Source of the DNA: Verrucomicrobiota bacterium
Lineage (GTDB): Bacteria; Verrucomicrobiota; Verrucomicrobiia; Limisphaerales; CANJXF01
Assembly (NCBI GenBank): GCA_038214755.1
Contig: JBBQRQ010000007.1
Location: 6,448-70,447 of the forward strand
DNA length: 64,000 nt
Direction of reading: 5' to 3'
Below, in pieces: positions 11,324 through 22,153 of the stretch (position 1 is its first letter; each line of letters begins with the position of its first letter). The position numbers and the translations under genes are program-made. The notes beneath the pieces were generated by a model that saw only the letters and a list, made by a program, of their open reading frames with translations, ran no database searches and was not told where the DNA came from.

Positions 11324-14300
11324 TTATTGTTTCGTGACGGTTTCATCGAGGTTCAAAATCACCTGTGCGACGGCAGTCCAGGCAGCGAGTTTTAGTTCAT
11401 TGATCTGCTGTGGGCGCTTGGATTCTCCAGCGCTGATCAACTCGACGGCTGACGTCAGGTCTTGCTGATAAGTGTTGAGCATTTCCTCGTAAATATCGCT
11501 CAGAATTTTTTGTTCCTTGAGCGTGGGCAGACGTGCCAAAGCAACCTTATAGGCATAGGCAAGATGCGATGGAAGGCTGTCCCCGCCTTCTCGCATGATG
11601 CGCTGGGCAAAAACGCGCGCCGCTTCGACAAATGTATCTTCATTCATTGTCACAAAGGCCTGCAGCGGCGTGCAAGTTATGCTGCGTTGTTCCGTGGAAA
11701 CCGTTCGGTCCGGCGCGTCGAACGTTTTGAACATCGGGTAAGGCATCGACCGTTTCCAGAGTGTGTAGAGGCTGCGGCGGTAAAGATCAACGCCGTGGCT
11801 AACTTCGTATTTCTCTACACCTTTATACAATATTTCTTCCCACAAACCTGCCGGTTGATAAGGCCGTACACTTGGCCCGCCCAATGTACAATCGTAGAGT
11901 CCACTGTAAGCCAGCACACCGTCGCGAATCATTTCTGCGGGGAGCCTGAATCGCGCGCCACGGGCCAGCAGCCGATTAGCCGGATCGCGCGCCAGTAATT
12001 CTTTGCGAGTTTTGGAGGACTGACGATAAGTCGCCGACATCACGATTTTCTTTTGCAGCGCTTTGATGTTCCACCCGCTGTCGATGAACTCGCGCGCCAG
12101 CCAATCAAGCAACTCCGGGTGTGAAGGCAACTCACCTTGACTGCCAAAATCATTCCCAGTTTTGACCAAGCCTGTTCCGAAATAAAGTGCCCAATAGCGA
12201 TTGACCGTCACACGCGCCACGAGCGGATTATTCGGATTGACGAGCCAGTTGGCGAGAGTGAGCCGATTGGTCTTCGAATCAGCCGGCAGCGGCGCTAAAA
12301 CCCGCGGGACATTAGCAGTAACTTGTTCGCCTTTGTTTCGATAATCGCCGCGAATACGAATTCGCGTTGGCCTCCGTTCGGCCATCTCTTGCATCACTCG
12401 TACGGTTGGGATACTTGCCTTCAAGTCTTTTTTGGACTTTTTCAATTCCCTGAGCCGTTGGTTGAACTGTTGGACTTCCGGCAAATGGTTCTCGCGAAAA
12501 TATTGCTCTACTTCGGCCATCTGTTCAGGCTTTCGTTCAGTGGCGGATAGCTTCAATATTTTTTTTATTGCCGTGAATTTTTCATCACCAGATTCCCTAT
12601 CGGTCGAAAAATAGAATCCGTAAGTACCATCGTAATTGATAATTTTAAGAAGCAATTTGTTTTCGCCTCGCTTCAACTCTACTTCTACTTCGTCCTGGTT
12701 CGGTGCGGCCTCACGTCGAATGTCCTTTGCGATGATTGCCTTTCCATTCAGCCATCCTTTCAGGGCGTCGCCACTTCCCATGTAAAGCGCCACCGTCTTG
12801 GCCGCTTCGACGGTAATAGTCCTATACAAGTAAGTGGCGGCATTCTCGCCCGATAAGGTTTGAACCGCGCTATCTTGCCAAGAAGGCTGCGGTACCCATT
12901 TTAACTTGCCGTCCTCATAGGTTTTGGCCAGGTCCATCTCTTGTTCCGGAGGAAATGCTTTGGCATAGGCCTCAGAGCCGGAGGCGGCAGTGAAAGGACC
13001 AATAGAGGACCAGTCACTCAACAACACTGGCGGATTTACTTTTTCATTCGCCAAGACGCGGTGTGCCCACTCAGCTTGAGCCGCAGGCCATGCCGGATCG
13101 GTTGCTGCAAGCAAGGCTTTGCGTTGCGCATCAATCTGCGCCAGCTCAGCATCCACCTTGGCCATGGCAGCACGCTGTTCAGCATTGGGCACTTCGACAA
13201 ATGGCGGCGCGGGATCAACGTCTAAACCCTCCTCGGGAATCTGGTTAAAGAAATCGTAGAGCTGATAATATTCCTTCTGGCTGAATGGATCGTATTTGTG
13301 GTCGTGACATTCTGCGCACCCGATGGTTGATCCAAGCCAAACGGTAGAAGTCGTATTGACGCGATCCGTGACATGCTTGTTCAGATACTCCTCTGGATCC
13401 GCGCCACTCTCGGTGGTGCTCATACCGTTTCGGTTGAAAGCGGTGGCGATTCTCTGATCCAACGTCGTGCCCGGCAACAGGTCGCCAGCAATTTGCTCGA
13501 CGGTGAATTGATCGAATGGTTTGTTTTGGTTGAATGCGTTAATAACCCAATCGCGATATTGCCACATGGATCGTGGCGAATCCCTATGGTAACCGTCGGA
13601 ATCAGCATAACGCGCCAGATCCAGCCACTGTTGCGCCATCCGTTCGCCGTAATGCGGTGATGCCAGCAGACGATCGACGGTTTTTTCGTAAGCCTGCGAA
13701 CTCTTGTCACGCAGAAATGCGTCCACTTCGGACACCGTGGGCGGCAAACCAGTCAGGTCAAAAGAGAGCCGCCGAAGCAGCGGGCTTCTGTCCGCTTCCT
13801 GCGATGGACTGATCTCTTCTTTCTCCAAGCGAGCCAGTATCAAATAATCGATTTCGTTGCGCGGCCACTTCTTATTTTTTACCTCAGGCAGAGGCGGTCG
13901 CTCTGGTGGAATGTACGCCCAATGCCGCTTCCAAGCCGCGCCTTGCTCGATCCACCGGCGCAGCAAGTCAATCTGGGTTTTGGTCAGGCGTTTGCCGGTC
14001 TTCTTCGGCGGCATCCGGTCGTCCTCGTCGTCGGACGCAACCAGCTCGAGCAATTTGCTTTTCTCCGTATCGCCGCGGACAATGGCGAAGTCCCCGGATT
14101 CCAGTTTACTGAAAGTTTCTTCCTCACGGTCCAGACGCAGACCGGCCTTGCGTTTGTTCTTGTCTGGACCGTGACAAGCGTAACAGTTTTCGGAAAAGAT
14201 CGGACGGAGATCACGGTTGAAGTCAATCGGCGGTTTGGTATTTGCCTGGACCCGGAGTTCTTTCGCCTGTGCTATGAACGAAAAGGTCAAGCAGGTGACT

Positions 14301-14350
14301 GCCAATCCAAGCCGAAGGAATTCAACGAAGCATTTGAAGCTATGAAACAT
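11324..14350 (-). CDS. PSD1 / planctomycete cytochrome c protein (DUF1549+DUF1553)
   Basis: CYACH and CAECH heme motifs, 'WLDLARYADSDG', 'PSHPELLDWLA' and C-terminal 'LNLDETVTK'. Confidence 0.92.
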   Translation of the reverse strand: MFHSFKCFVEFLRLGLAVTCLTFSFIAQAKELRVQANTKPPIDFNRDLRPIFSENCYACHGPDKNKRKAGLRLDREEETFSKLESGDFAIVRGDTEKSKLLELVASDDEDDRMPPKKTGKRLTKTQIDLLRRWIEQGAAWKRHWAYIPPERPPLPEVKNKKWPRNEIDYLILARLEKEEISPSQEADRSPLLRRLSFDLTGLPPTVSEVDAFLRDKSSQAYEKTVDRLLASPHYGERMAQQWLDLARYADSDGYHRDSPRSMWQYRDWVINAFNQNKPFDQFTVEQIAGDLLPGTTLDQRIATAFNRNGMSTTESGADPEEYLNKHVTDRVNTTSTVWLGSTIGCAECHDHKYDPFSQKEYYQLYDFFNQIPEEGLDVDPAPPFVEVPNAEQRAAMAKVDAELAQIDAQRKALLAATDPAWPAAQAEWAHRVLANEKVNPPVLLSDWSSIGPFTAASGSEAYAKAFPPEQEMDLAKTYEDGKLKWVPQPSWQDSAVQTLSGENAATYLYRTITVEAAKTVALYMGSGDALKGWLNGKAIIAKDIRREAAPNQDEVEVELKRGENKLLLKIINYDGTYGFYFSTDRESGDEKFTAIKKILKLSATERKPEQMAEVEQYFRENHLPEVQQFNQRLRELKKSKKDLKASIPTVRVMQEMAERRPTRIRIRGDYRNKGEQVTANVPRVLAPLPADSKTNRLTLANWLVNPNNPLVARVTVNRYWALYFGTGLVKTGNDFGSQGELPSHPELLDWLAREFIDSGWNIKALQKKIVMSATYRQSSKTRKELLARDPANRLLARGARFRLPAEMIRDGVLAYSGLYDCTLGGPSVRPYQPAGLWEEILYKGVEKYEVSHGVDLYRRSLYTLWKRSMPYPMFKTFDAPDRTVSTEQRSITCTPLQAFVTMNEDTFVEAARVFAQRIMREGGDSLPSHLAYAYKVALARLPTLKEQKILSDIYEEMLNTYQQDLTSAVELISAGESKRPQQINELKLAAWTAVAQVILNLDETVTKQ

Positions 14351-14410
14351 GTTCGTCCATTTACTTTTCTGCTCAGGTACCGATGAGATAGCTTCAAGGC
14401 AACCACCCCG

Positions 14411-15427
14411 TTAGCAGGCCGTCAACTGTTGACGAGTAAGCTCATTCAGTAACGGCTTACCCTGCAAGAATCGATTTAGGTTTTGGCTGAAGATGTCCCA
14501 GACACGAGGCAGGAAACACGGGCTTAAGCTGGACCCTGAGATATGCGGGGTCATTATAACATTGGGCAATCGCCAGAGCGGATGATCTGGCGGCATTGGA
14601 TATTGGAAATGAGTATCCAACGCTGCACCCGCAATCCATCCTTCTTTGATTGCCTGAAGCAAAGCTTGTTCTTGAATCAGAGGACCTCGTGCGGGGTTCA
14701 GCAAGAAAGCTTTGGAAGGTAAGGCCCTTAATTCCGGTTCACCTACCATGCCACGAGTGGTCGAATCGAGAGGAACGGCTAACACGAGAAAATCCAAGCC
14801 GCTAAGGAATTCTTTCTTTTGGTCCATGGTATAGTTGGCATCTGGCAGCGTACCTTCTGGATCACCAGACCCCGGAACGCGGTAACTGTCAGACCTTGAT
14901 TTTACTCCCCGTCGAGTCAACACATGTATCTTGAGGTTCAGCGCCTCCTTGCAAATGCGCGCCGTTTCGCGAGCTAAACCACCGTAACCCCAAAAGCCAA
15001 CTGTCATTCCACTAATCTCGCGCTGGAATCGCGCGTCGCGATCCCAAATCCCGCCCTCCTGATTGCGAATCATGGCACGAAGGTCGCGCGCCAAATTGAT
15101 CATCATGGACACGCACCATTCAGATATAGGTATATCAAATACCCCTTGTGCATTCGTTGCTCGAACATTCCGCGCGGGAAGACCAAGGTCCAGCAATTGT
15201 TCAAACCCCGACGAACATACTTGAATCCACTCGAGCGCAATCAAGTCATTGAAATTCGTTGGCGGTACGGAACAAAAGAGAATGTTCGTCTCGCGCAAGA
15301 TATGTGCTGGCAAAGGGCGAGGTTCATCTGTAATCGGATCAGCCACGACTACCCGGACGCCATTAATAGTTTGCAACCGATCCACCACGGGTGGGTGCAA
15401 GGGAACATCAATCAGGATTTGTTTCAT
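14411..15427 (-). CDS. D-2-hydroxyacid dehydrogenase
   Basis: GYGGLA nucleotide-binding motif, 'NPARG', 'AALD' and 'TPHISG'. Confidence 0.9.
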   Translation of the reverse strand: MKQILIDVPLHPPVVDRLQTINGVRVVVADPITDEPRPLPAHILRETNILFCSVPPTNFNDLIALEWIQVCSSGFEQLLDLGLPARNVRATNAQGVFDIPISEWCVSMMINLARDLRAMIRNQEGGIWDRDARFQREISGMTVGFWGYGGLARETARICKEALNLKIHVLTRRGVKSRSDSYRVPGSGDPEGTLPDANYTMDQKKEFLSGLDFLVLAVPLDSTTRGMVGEPELRALPSKAFLLNPARGPLIQEQALLQAIKEGWIAGAALDTHFQYPMPPDHPLWRLPNVIMTPHISGSSLSPCFLPRVWDIFSQNLNRFLQGKPLLNELTRQQLTAC

Positions 15428-16664
15428 GACAGTTCAAGCTCTCTTCCTCCATGATTTTCCCTGGCACGCTATTAAACTCGCCACTACCCGGAACGAACGG
15501 AAACCGGTTTTTCAGTTGTTCGGTGACTATAATTCCAAGACCAGGGCTTTGCGGCGGAAGCACTCGTCCTTCCCGCATTTGAAACGAATCTCCCATCATT
15601 TCGCTGTGCAAAGGACCAAATGCTGGAGGCACCTCAACAATAAGGGTATTCTCACAAGCGAAAGCGACGTGAATATTCTGCATGAGCGAAGCGCCTGATC
15701 CCCACGAATGGGTAGCGATTCGACGATCATGTTGAGCGAGCATATCCGCCACTTGCAGGACTTCCCCAAGACCACCGGTAAATGACGCATCGGGCTGACC
15801 AATGTCGAAGCAATCGCGTTCGACGAAAACTCGCCACTCATAGGTTCCGGTCAAGCATTCGCCACCCGCTATAGGAACTTCCGTGCTTCGGCATAATTCC
15901 GCGTAACCCTGGGGGTCAGTGTAGTGTAAGGGCTCTTCAAAGAACAATAACCTATAAGACTCGACTGCCTTCATGACCGCTTGAGCTGTAGCCAGAGTCC
16001 AGGTTTTTGACGGGCTGTTCCCCATGTGCCCATCCAGCATCAACTCGATGCCGATCCCAATTTTGCGGCGGACGAACTCCAACTTGCCGGCTTCAAAATC
16101 GGCGGCTTGGTTTGGATCGTCGCTAATGGTGAAGCCGTGATCTGTTGAAAATGCTCCAACGCCAAGCTTGATTCCCTTAAATCCAAGGGAGAGGTACAAA
16201 TCCAATTTCGCTGCCAGCGAATCGATAGGATAATTCGATGGCCCACCAGAAGCATAGGCGAGCAAGGAATCGTGTTTCAGTCCACCGAGCAATTCGTAAA
16301 CAGGTTGGTTGTGCAGTTTGCCTTTCAAATCCCAAAGCGCAGCTTCAATACCATTGAGCACCGCCAAGCCTAAACCGACGCGGCACCAGAAATTACCGCA
16401 TTGATACATTCGACTCCACAACTCATCAATTCTGTCCACGCTTTGCCCCAGAAGGATCGGCTTAAAAAAATCGACAATCCCGGGCACAACCTCCGGACAG
16501 AAATACCCCGCATAGGTTTCACCTATCCCGGTAACATTCGTATCGGTATGGATTTCAATTAACGCAACGCTTCGCCGCCGACGGCACTCGCTGATGAAGG
16601 GGTCCAGCGTAGCGGGGCCAGTCAGTAAGATGGTTCTTACGTCGATGATTTTCACGTCTTTCAT
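15408..16664 (-). CDS. Mandelate racemase / muconate lactonizing enzyme family (probable acid-sugar dehydratase)
   Basis: 'ALWDLKGK', KxK, and metal ligands in 'LDGH', 'FEEP', 'GGE', 'QPD'. Confidence 0.9.
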   Translation of the reverse strand: MKDVKIIDVRTILLTGPATLDPFISECRRRRSVALIEIHTDTNVTGIGETYAGYFCPEVVPGIVDFFKPILLGQSVDRIDELWSRMYQCGNFWCRVGLGLAVLNGIEAALWDLKGKLHNQPVYELLGGLKHDSLLAYASGGPSNYPIDSLAAKLDLYLSLGFKGIKLGVGAFSTDHGFTISDDPNQAADFEAGKLEFVRRKIGIGIELMLDGHMGNSPSKTWTLATAQAVMKAVESYRLLFFEEPLHYTDPQGYAELCRSTEVPIAGGECLTGTYEWRVFVERDCFDIGQPDASFTGGLGEVLQVADMLAQHDRRIATHSWGSGASLMQNIHVAFACENTLIVEVPPAFGPLHSEMMGDSFQMREGRVLPPQSPGLGIIVTEQLKNRFPFVPGSGEFNSVPGKIMEEESLNCHETNPD

Positions 16665-16705
16665 GAGGCGAACATTGGAAACATTGGATACAGCATACCG
16701 TCAAT

Positions 16706-17782
16706 CTAAGGCCCCTTCGCGGATGAATGCCTTGCAAGAATTTCCCTGTTACGACTTGGAGCTTGGCGCACAGACTTTATCAATCCTGTCGCAGTTTCGT
16801 AAAACAGCATTTCAATTTGCTGTTGCGTCAGGCCAACCCGTCTTGCCGCGCGTCGCATGCCTCGAAGCTGTTCGTAGCGCGTAAAAGTCATGCGCGGGTC
16901 TGCATGAACCAGGCTCAGTGAATGGTTCTGTTCTGACAGAAAGGACCAAGCGAAACCAAAGGTGATGTATTTGCCCCGCATCACCCCAATCGGGATATCG
17001 TCGCTGCCGTACATTACTCTTTCAATGCCAATCTCAGAGTAAAGGGCATCAAAAGCATCTGTTTCGCACACCGATGAGGTATCGTACCAAATGTTTGGAA
17101 ATGTCCGCAAACGCTTGGCCGCTTTTTCAATGGCCCATGAGGAATAGCTCCTGGCGCAATGAGCCAGAATCCACTTGGCGCCGGGGTACTGCTGAGTGAG
17201 GAAGTCCAGATCATCGATGTTTTCCGGATCCGCGATGGCATTTCGCTTCGATAAATGCATCATAATGATGAGACCGCGACGATGTGCCACCTCGATTTGG
17301 TGTCGTGGCAGGAAATCAGTGATGCGACATTCCACCACATCGCCCGTTACCGAATAGGTGCGATAGGGTTTGAATCCCAGAAAGCCACAACGTTCCACCT
17401 CTGCCTCAAGAAAGTCCGCACTCATGGAAGGGTTAACCAGCATCAGTGCTCCTGAGGCCAAATCATGCTGTGTTTGTTTGAACACAAACTCATTTGAGGC
17501 ACGGAAGTCGCATGAAGGCGAAAATGGAAAAGGAAATACCAGACGGCTTACTTCCCGGCCGGGCATCAGGAGTCGATCACAAGAATCCAGAGCTTCCCAA
17601 TCAGCTTTCGGAAAATCCCGGCCGATAAAGTTGTAGGTAGCGCTATCATCCTTCTGGGGATCGGTGTTGAAGGTCCAACGGTAGGCATGGGTGTGAACAT
17701 CAAAGACACGCTTCGGTACAAACTCTTCCAGCTCTTCCTGCCAAATACGGCGGTCCATGTCATTCAATTCAATGGTTTTCAT
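16706..17782 (-). CDS. Amidohydrolase_2-family metallohydrolase
   Basis: 'DVHTH', 'GFKPY', 'LAHCA' and 'YGSDD'. Confidence 0.85.
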   Translation of the reverse strand: MKTIELNDMDRRIWQEELEEFVPKRVFDVHTHAYRWTFNTDPQKDDSATYNFIGRDFPKADWEALDSCDRLLMPGREVSRLVFPFPFSPSCDFRASNEFVFKQTQHDLASGALMLVNPSMSADFLEAEVERCGFLGFKPYRTYSVTGDVVECRITDFLPRHQIEVAHRRGLIIMMHLSKRNAIADPENIDDLDFLTQQYPGAKWILAHCARSYSSWAIEKAAKRLRTFPNIWYDTSSVCETDAFDALYSEIGIERVMYGSDDIPIGVMRGKYITFGFAWSFLSEQNHSLSLVHADPRMTFTRYEQLRGMRRAARRVGLTQQQIEMLFYETATGLIKSVRQAPSRNREILARHSSAKGP

Positions 17783-17864
17783 TTCGCGACGGCTACCACG
17801 GCATGCTGCTTTGACATTCGACTAAAGTCCTGCTTCATAAATGTCGCTGCGATACATCATTTGA

Positions 17865-18800
17865 TCAGGACTGATGCCATTTGAGCAAGAACTCTGCTCC
17901 CATCTGCCGCCACGAGTCGTCCACCGAGTGACCAGGCGCTGCCATCGCCGAAGAAATAAACTCGATCTTGGAAGTGCCACGACCCTTCCGAACATTCGCT
18001 TCCAGCAGATCGAGAAAGAATCGACTGCAGGTCAGCGCACTCACCCGATCATCTGAATTATTAATCACGAGGAAGATGGGCTTACCTGTCAGTTGCTCAA
18101 CGTAGAGAGAAAGGTTTAGCTTCGGAAGATATTCGCGTTTTCGGTCGGCGGCAAACTCAGCAAGAACACCCCAATCTGTCACCGGCGCGATTGCTGCCAC
18201 AGCGGCCACGCGCGTATCGACCGCGAGCAACCGCAACGCCAGATAACCGGAGCGGGAAATGCCATAGATCACAATCCGTCCGGGATCTGCCAACCCAGCC
18301 TCGATACTCCAACTGATAACTGCGGAAGCCTCCTTCACGAACATCGTAAACGGGTCTTTGCCATCAACGAAAGCATTGCGCCAACCCACCAGTCCCTCCC
18401 CGTATTTGTCCGCGCGCGTGCCTTGGTTTGGAAGGTCGAAGCTCAACACTCGGTGTCCTTGTTTCAAAAATAGATTCGCGGCCAGCAAGTAAGGATGAAC
18501 CGTCAACGAAACTTCACGGCTCGTCGAAAGGTTCAACAGCAAGAGGGGTTTGGCCGCTAGTCGTTCTGGCTGGGGAGAAATGAGCCGGGGGATGATGGTA
18601 TGGCCATCGACTTCGACTTTAAATTCTTGAGAGACAACAGGGCCAACCTGTTCCTTCTTGTTCTGCCCGAGCGCTTGAGTTTCTTTGCTTAAGGCTGAGT
18701 ACTGTGGCAAGACAGCTAGGCTCGATTGGATCAAAAGTCCGGAGCCGCCGACGCCTTGCAGGAAATTCCGTCGGGTAATATGACCTTCCCTATTTGTCAT
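17865..18800 (-). CDS. Tat-exported alpha/beta hydrolase
   Basis: 'TRRNFL' Tat motif, GxSxxG ('GISRSG'), 'DDRV' and 'GH'. Confidence 0.75.
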   Translation of the reverse strand: MTNREGHITRRNFLQGVGGSGLLIQSSLAVLPQYSALSKETQALGQNKKEQVGPVVSQEFKVEVDGHTIIPRLISPQPERLAAKPLLLLNLSTSREVSLTVHPYLLAANLFLKQGHRVLSFDLPNQGTRADKYGEGLVGWRNAFVDGKDPFTMFVKEASAVISWSIEAGLADPGRIVIYGISRSGYLALRLLAVDTRVAAVAAIAPVTDWGVLAEFAADRKREYLPKLNLSLYVEQLTGKPIFLVINNSDDRVSALTCSRFFLDLLEANVRKGRGTSKIEFISSAMAAPGHSVDDSWRQMGAEFLLKWHQS

Positions 18801-18863
18801 GACTCTTGCGTAGAGGATGAATATTCCTAGCTCAAACCTGTAGACTAGAGTCAAGTTCAGTCC

Positions 18864-19367
18864 TCATGGTAAACTTGGCTTGGGATGAGGGCATCCACCT
18901 TTCGCTTTCCCAGCTTCCATGATCTGCGAGCCTTCGTTGCTCAATTTTAGAAACCATCGTTCCTCCTCCAGTGAACTGACAAGTATCCCATTCTTTCTAC
19001 TCTCCAACGCAAAACCAATAGTCGATTGTCCACCGCCCCGCTTCATTTCCTCCTCAACTTGCCGCTTTACTTCAGGAGTGAATGTTTCCAAGAAGGCAAT
19101 GAAATTTGTCGGCTTTGAATTAGCATCGCATATGAAAACGTAAGCGCGCACGCCGGTTCCAGGACCAGACTTGGTGTCAATCGGCGGCACGCTCATATCG
19201 GAGGTAGGGAATAATTGATGCGTTTTCAAATTGTAAAACCAAATATTCCCCTTCGGTCGCTTGTTCGCGTTAAAGCTCCGCGTGATAAGGAAATAGCCAG
19301 CGGCAGCGATGCATAACACGGCCAAGGTCACCGTCAGTTTGGGCCAACGATCGATAAGGTTACTCAT
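18864..19367 (-). CDS. Hypothetical single-pass membrane protein
   Basis: N-terminal hydrophobic helix followed by 'WFYNLKTHQLF...PPIDT...GVRAYVFIC'. Confidence 0.65.
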   Translation of the reverse strand: MSNLIDRWPKLTVTLAVLCIAAAGYFLITRSFNANKRPKGNIWFYNLKTHQLFPTSDMSVPPIDTKSGPGTGVRAYVFICDANSKPTNFIAFLETFTPEVKRQVEEEMKRGGGQSTIGFALESRKNGILVSSLEEERWFLKLSNEGSQIMEAGKAKGGCPHPKPSLP

Positions 19368-19492
19368 AATTCAAATATTGAGGTTAATGAGGACGGTCCG
19401 TTTAGGTTTACTTCTTCGTGAAACGAATTAATCACTCCAAGGTTCTTGGTTGTTATCATGACTAAGGGCGCATTTTTTTTTCAAAGGATCGA

Positions 19493-20821
19493 TCATTTCA
19501 TTTCTTCCACATGCGCAAAGATAGCACGGCGCAGGGCTTCAAAACCTTGGCGCGAAATGCCGTGGCCACCCACTGGATCGTTGAAGATTTCCTTTTTTCC
19601 AGGCAGATTGTTATAGGCTGCATAGATACTTGTCGGTGGGCAAACCGTGTCGATGAAGCCGACGCCAATGATTCCTGCCGCTTTAGTGCGCGTGGCGAAG
19701 TTCATCGCGTCGAAGTAACGCGCAGTTTCGATTACGCTGGGATGCGGCTTACCATCGGGACCGAGAGGATAAAGGATTTTTGGCCATCCGCCCACGCGGC
19801 CTGCAACACTGCCCGTAAGATCGCATAGTCCGGTAACGTTCGCCGCGAAAAATGTCACGCGGGGATCAAGACCAGCGGCGACGAAAGCTTGCGCGCCACC
19901 CTGGCTTCTACCGTGCGTGATTACCGTGCGTCCGTCCCACTCTGGTTGCGAGGCGAGAAAGTCATTCGCCCGGACCAGGCGGAGGAGCATGCCCAGCCAA
20001 TAACTCTTCTCGCGCGATTCGCGGCCAAATCGGGGATAGTCCTTCAAATCGCCAGCCGCGAGATCAGCATAGAACTTATCCGGCTTGCCGTTGGGAAGGC
20101 CATGGGCGTTGATGTCGAGGGCTAGAAAATTTTCTTTCGCCCAACTCACCGCATTAGTGAGGTCCGATCCACTCACACCCACAACGTGAGTGAGAAGGAT
20201 TATCGGCAAACTCTTCGGCTTCGCTCCAACGGGCCGTGCGAAGTAACCGGACACGGGTGCTCCAACACAATCAGCTTGCAGATCGAAACACACAATGCTG
20301 GCCGCAGGAGATTTTACCGACGTGAGGCGCGGATTGATGGGGACCGCTGCCAGTTTCTTTTTTTGTGCAGACCAGAATGGGTCAAAGTCGTCCGGCACCG
20401 GTAAGCTTGGTTTGATTTGCAACGGATCAATGGCAGCGCCAGCTATTGCTGCGATCTTCTTATCTGGCGTCTGAAACGCGGCATTGAGTTGCAAAAAACC
20501 AGGTTCATCCAGTTTACCGGTAACTGTGGCTGTGCCTGCCTTGAGTTGTACTGTACACAAGTGCGACGGAGGCACGCCATCTTTTGAAGTATTCCATTGC
20601 ACTTCAGCGTCATTTACCGGTTCGTTATCGTGCAGCAACTTGATCGTGAAGGTGACCGTCTCGCCTTGCTTGTAAATTCCATTCGTGCGGTCCGCGACAA
20701 CCGTTAGCACGTAAGCCTTGGATAACTTTCCTCCTTGCGCGTGAAGAACAGGAACTGGCGCGGAGATAACGAGAATAACTGCTACGAAGATCAAACATCT
20801 GAATAAAGAAGAGGGTTTCAT
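19493..20821 (-). CDS. Secreted acetylxylan esterase (CE7/AXE1-like)
   Basis: Signal peptide, 'PDDFDPFW', nucleophile 'GRSQGG', 'GFIDTVCPP' and 'GGHG'. Confidence 0.85.
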   Translation of the reverse strand: MKPSSLFRCLIFVAVILVISAPVPVLHAQGGKLSKAYVLTVVADRTNGIYKQGETVTFTIKLLHDNEPVNDAEVQWNTSKDGVPPSHLCTVQLKAGTATVTGKLDEPGFLQLNAAFQTPDKKIAAIAGAAIDPLQIKPSLPVPDDFDPFWSAQKKKLAAVPINPRLTSVKSPAASIVCFDLQADCVGAPVSGYFARPVGAKPKSLPIILLTHVVGVSGSDLTNAVSWAKENFLALDINAHGLPNGKPDKFYADLAAGDLKDYPRFGRESREKSYWLGMLLRLVRANDFLASQPEWDGRTVITHGRSQGGAQAFVAAGLDPRVTFFAANVTGLCDLTGSVAGRVGGWPKILYPLGPDGKPHPSVIETARYFDAMNFATRTKAAGIIGVGFIDTVCPPTSIYAAYNNLPGKKEIFNDPVGGHGISRQGFEALRRAIFAHVEEMK

Positions 20822-20834
20822 ACCGGGATTTGAA

Positions 20835-22070
20835 TTAAGGTAAGGACCGGTTGCGCGGTTTCACTAGAAGCAGCAGCCCGGCGCACACTGCTAAACCAGT
20901 CGCACCGAACAGAAAGAGCTTGCTAACGTCCACCTTTGCGTCGCGCAATGCACCACCCGCGTAAATCGTTGCGCCGCCGACGAGAGAAGCAAAAAGGTTC
21001 AACACCCCCAAGCCGGTCGCGCGATAACGCGGATCATCAATCAGACAGACGATTGGCATCAACTCGGTGTCAGCAAACGAGCGCGTCAATCCATAAAGCA
21101 CAAGGCCGCAGATCGCAAACGGAAGCAGGTCCGTGCTCGACAGGAGCAAAATGCCGGGCGTTGCGGCGCACAGCCCAATTACCGACACGAAAATGCACGC
21201 ACGCTTATTGGTGAGACTCCAGCGATCGGCCCACGCGCCGCCCACCAGCAAGCCGAGCAGTGATGCTACGTTGAGATAAATGGTCGCCAACAGACCAGCT
21301 GTGCCCTGCGTGAGATGAAAGTGTTCTTTTAGATAGGTGGGCATCCAGCCGACTATCATCCAACCCGCGAGGCCAAGCAGACCAAAGTAAATCAGCATGA
21401 GGATAAACGCGCCGCGACTGAACAGGCTTGTGATCGCTTCGCCGAGCCGAACTTTTTGCCCTGTGTCCGTTTGCGGGATTGCGTCGGCACTCTGCCGAGG
21501 CACATCACGTAACAATAGAATGAGCACGACCGAGAAGACGATACCAATAAGGCCGAATAGGCTGAACGCATAACCCCAGCCGTGTCGCTCGGCGAGCCAG
21601 CCGCCTAACCCGCCCAAGCCTGAGCCGACCCGGACGCTGCCTAGAAAAATACCGGTCGCGAGCGAGCGTGTAGCAGTCTGGTGATAATCCGCGACGAGCG
21701 CAAGCCCTGCCGGGATGAAGCACGCTTCGCTGATCCCCATTAGTAATCGGGTCGCAAGCAACTGCTCATAGTTCTTCGCGTGCGCGGTCAACCATGTGAT
21801 GAGCGACCAGACCAATAAGCTCACGATGATGACGCGGGAGCGGTTAAACCTGTCGGCCAAAAAACCGGCAAAAGGACTCAACAAGGCGTAAACCAATAAA
21901 AACGACGTGGTAAGGAGTCCGAACTGCGCCTCGGTCATTGGGATCGCCTCATTCAACGAACTACGCATCGTCGTGATCATCACGCGATCAAGGTAATTGA
22001 GACATCCGACCACCCAAAGGAGTGCTACGACCAACCATGCTCGCGAAGGCAGCTTAGTGTCAGGTATCAT
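20835..22070 (-). CDS. MFS transporter (ACS-like)
   Basis: 'LNYLDR', 'GFLADRFNRS' and about 12 hydrophobic segments. Confidence 0.92.
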   Translation of the reverse strand: MIPDTKLPSRAWLVVALLWVVGCLNYLDRVMITTMRSSLNEAIPMTEAQFGLLTTSFLLVYALLSPFAGFLADRFNRSRVIIVSLLVWSLITWLTAHAKNYEQLLATRLLMGISEACFIPAGLALVADYHQTATRSLATGIFLGSVRVGSGLGGLGGWLAERHGWGYAFSLFGLIGIVFSVVLILLLRDVPRQSADAIPQTDTGQKVRLGEAITSLFSRGAFILMLIYFGLLGLAGWMIVGWMPTYLKEHFHLTQGTAGLLATIYLNVASLLGLLVGGAWADRWSLTNKRACIFVSVIGLCAATPGILLLSSTDLLPFAICGLVLYGLTRSFADTELMPIVCLIDDPRYRATGLGVLNLFASLVGGATIYAGGALRDAKVDVSKLFLFGATGLAVCAGLLLLVKPRNRSLP

Positions 22071-22153
22071 GAGAGTGACGTTAATGAGCCGAAGTTCGAG
22101 GACATAGTGCGCGGCTAATAAAGGCCATCATTAAACAGGCTATTTACTCCCAC

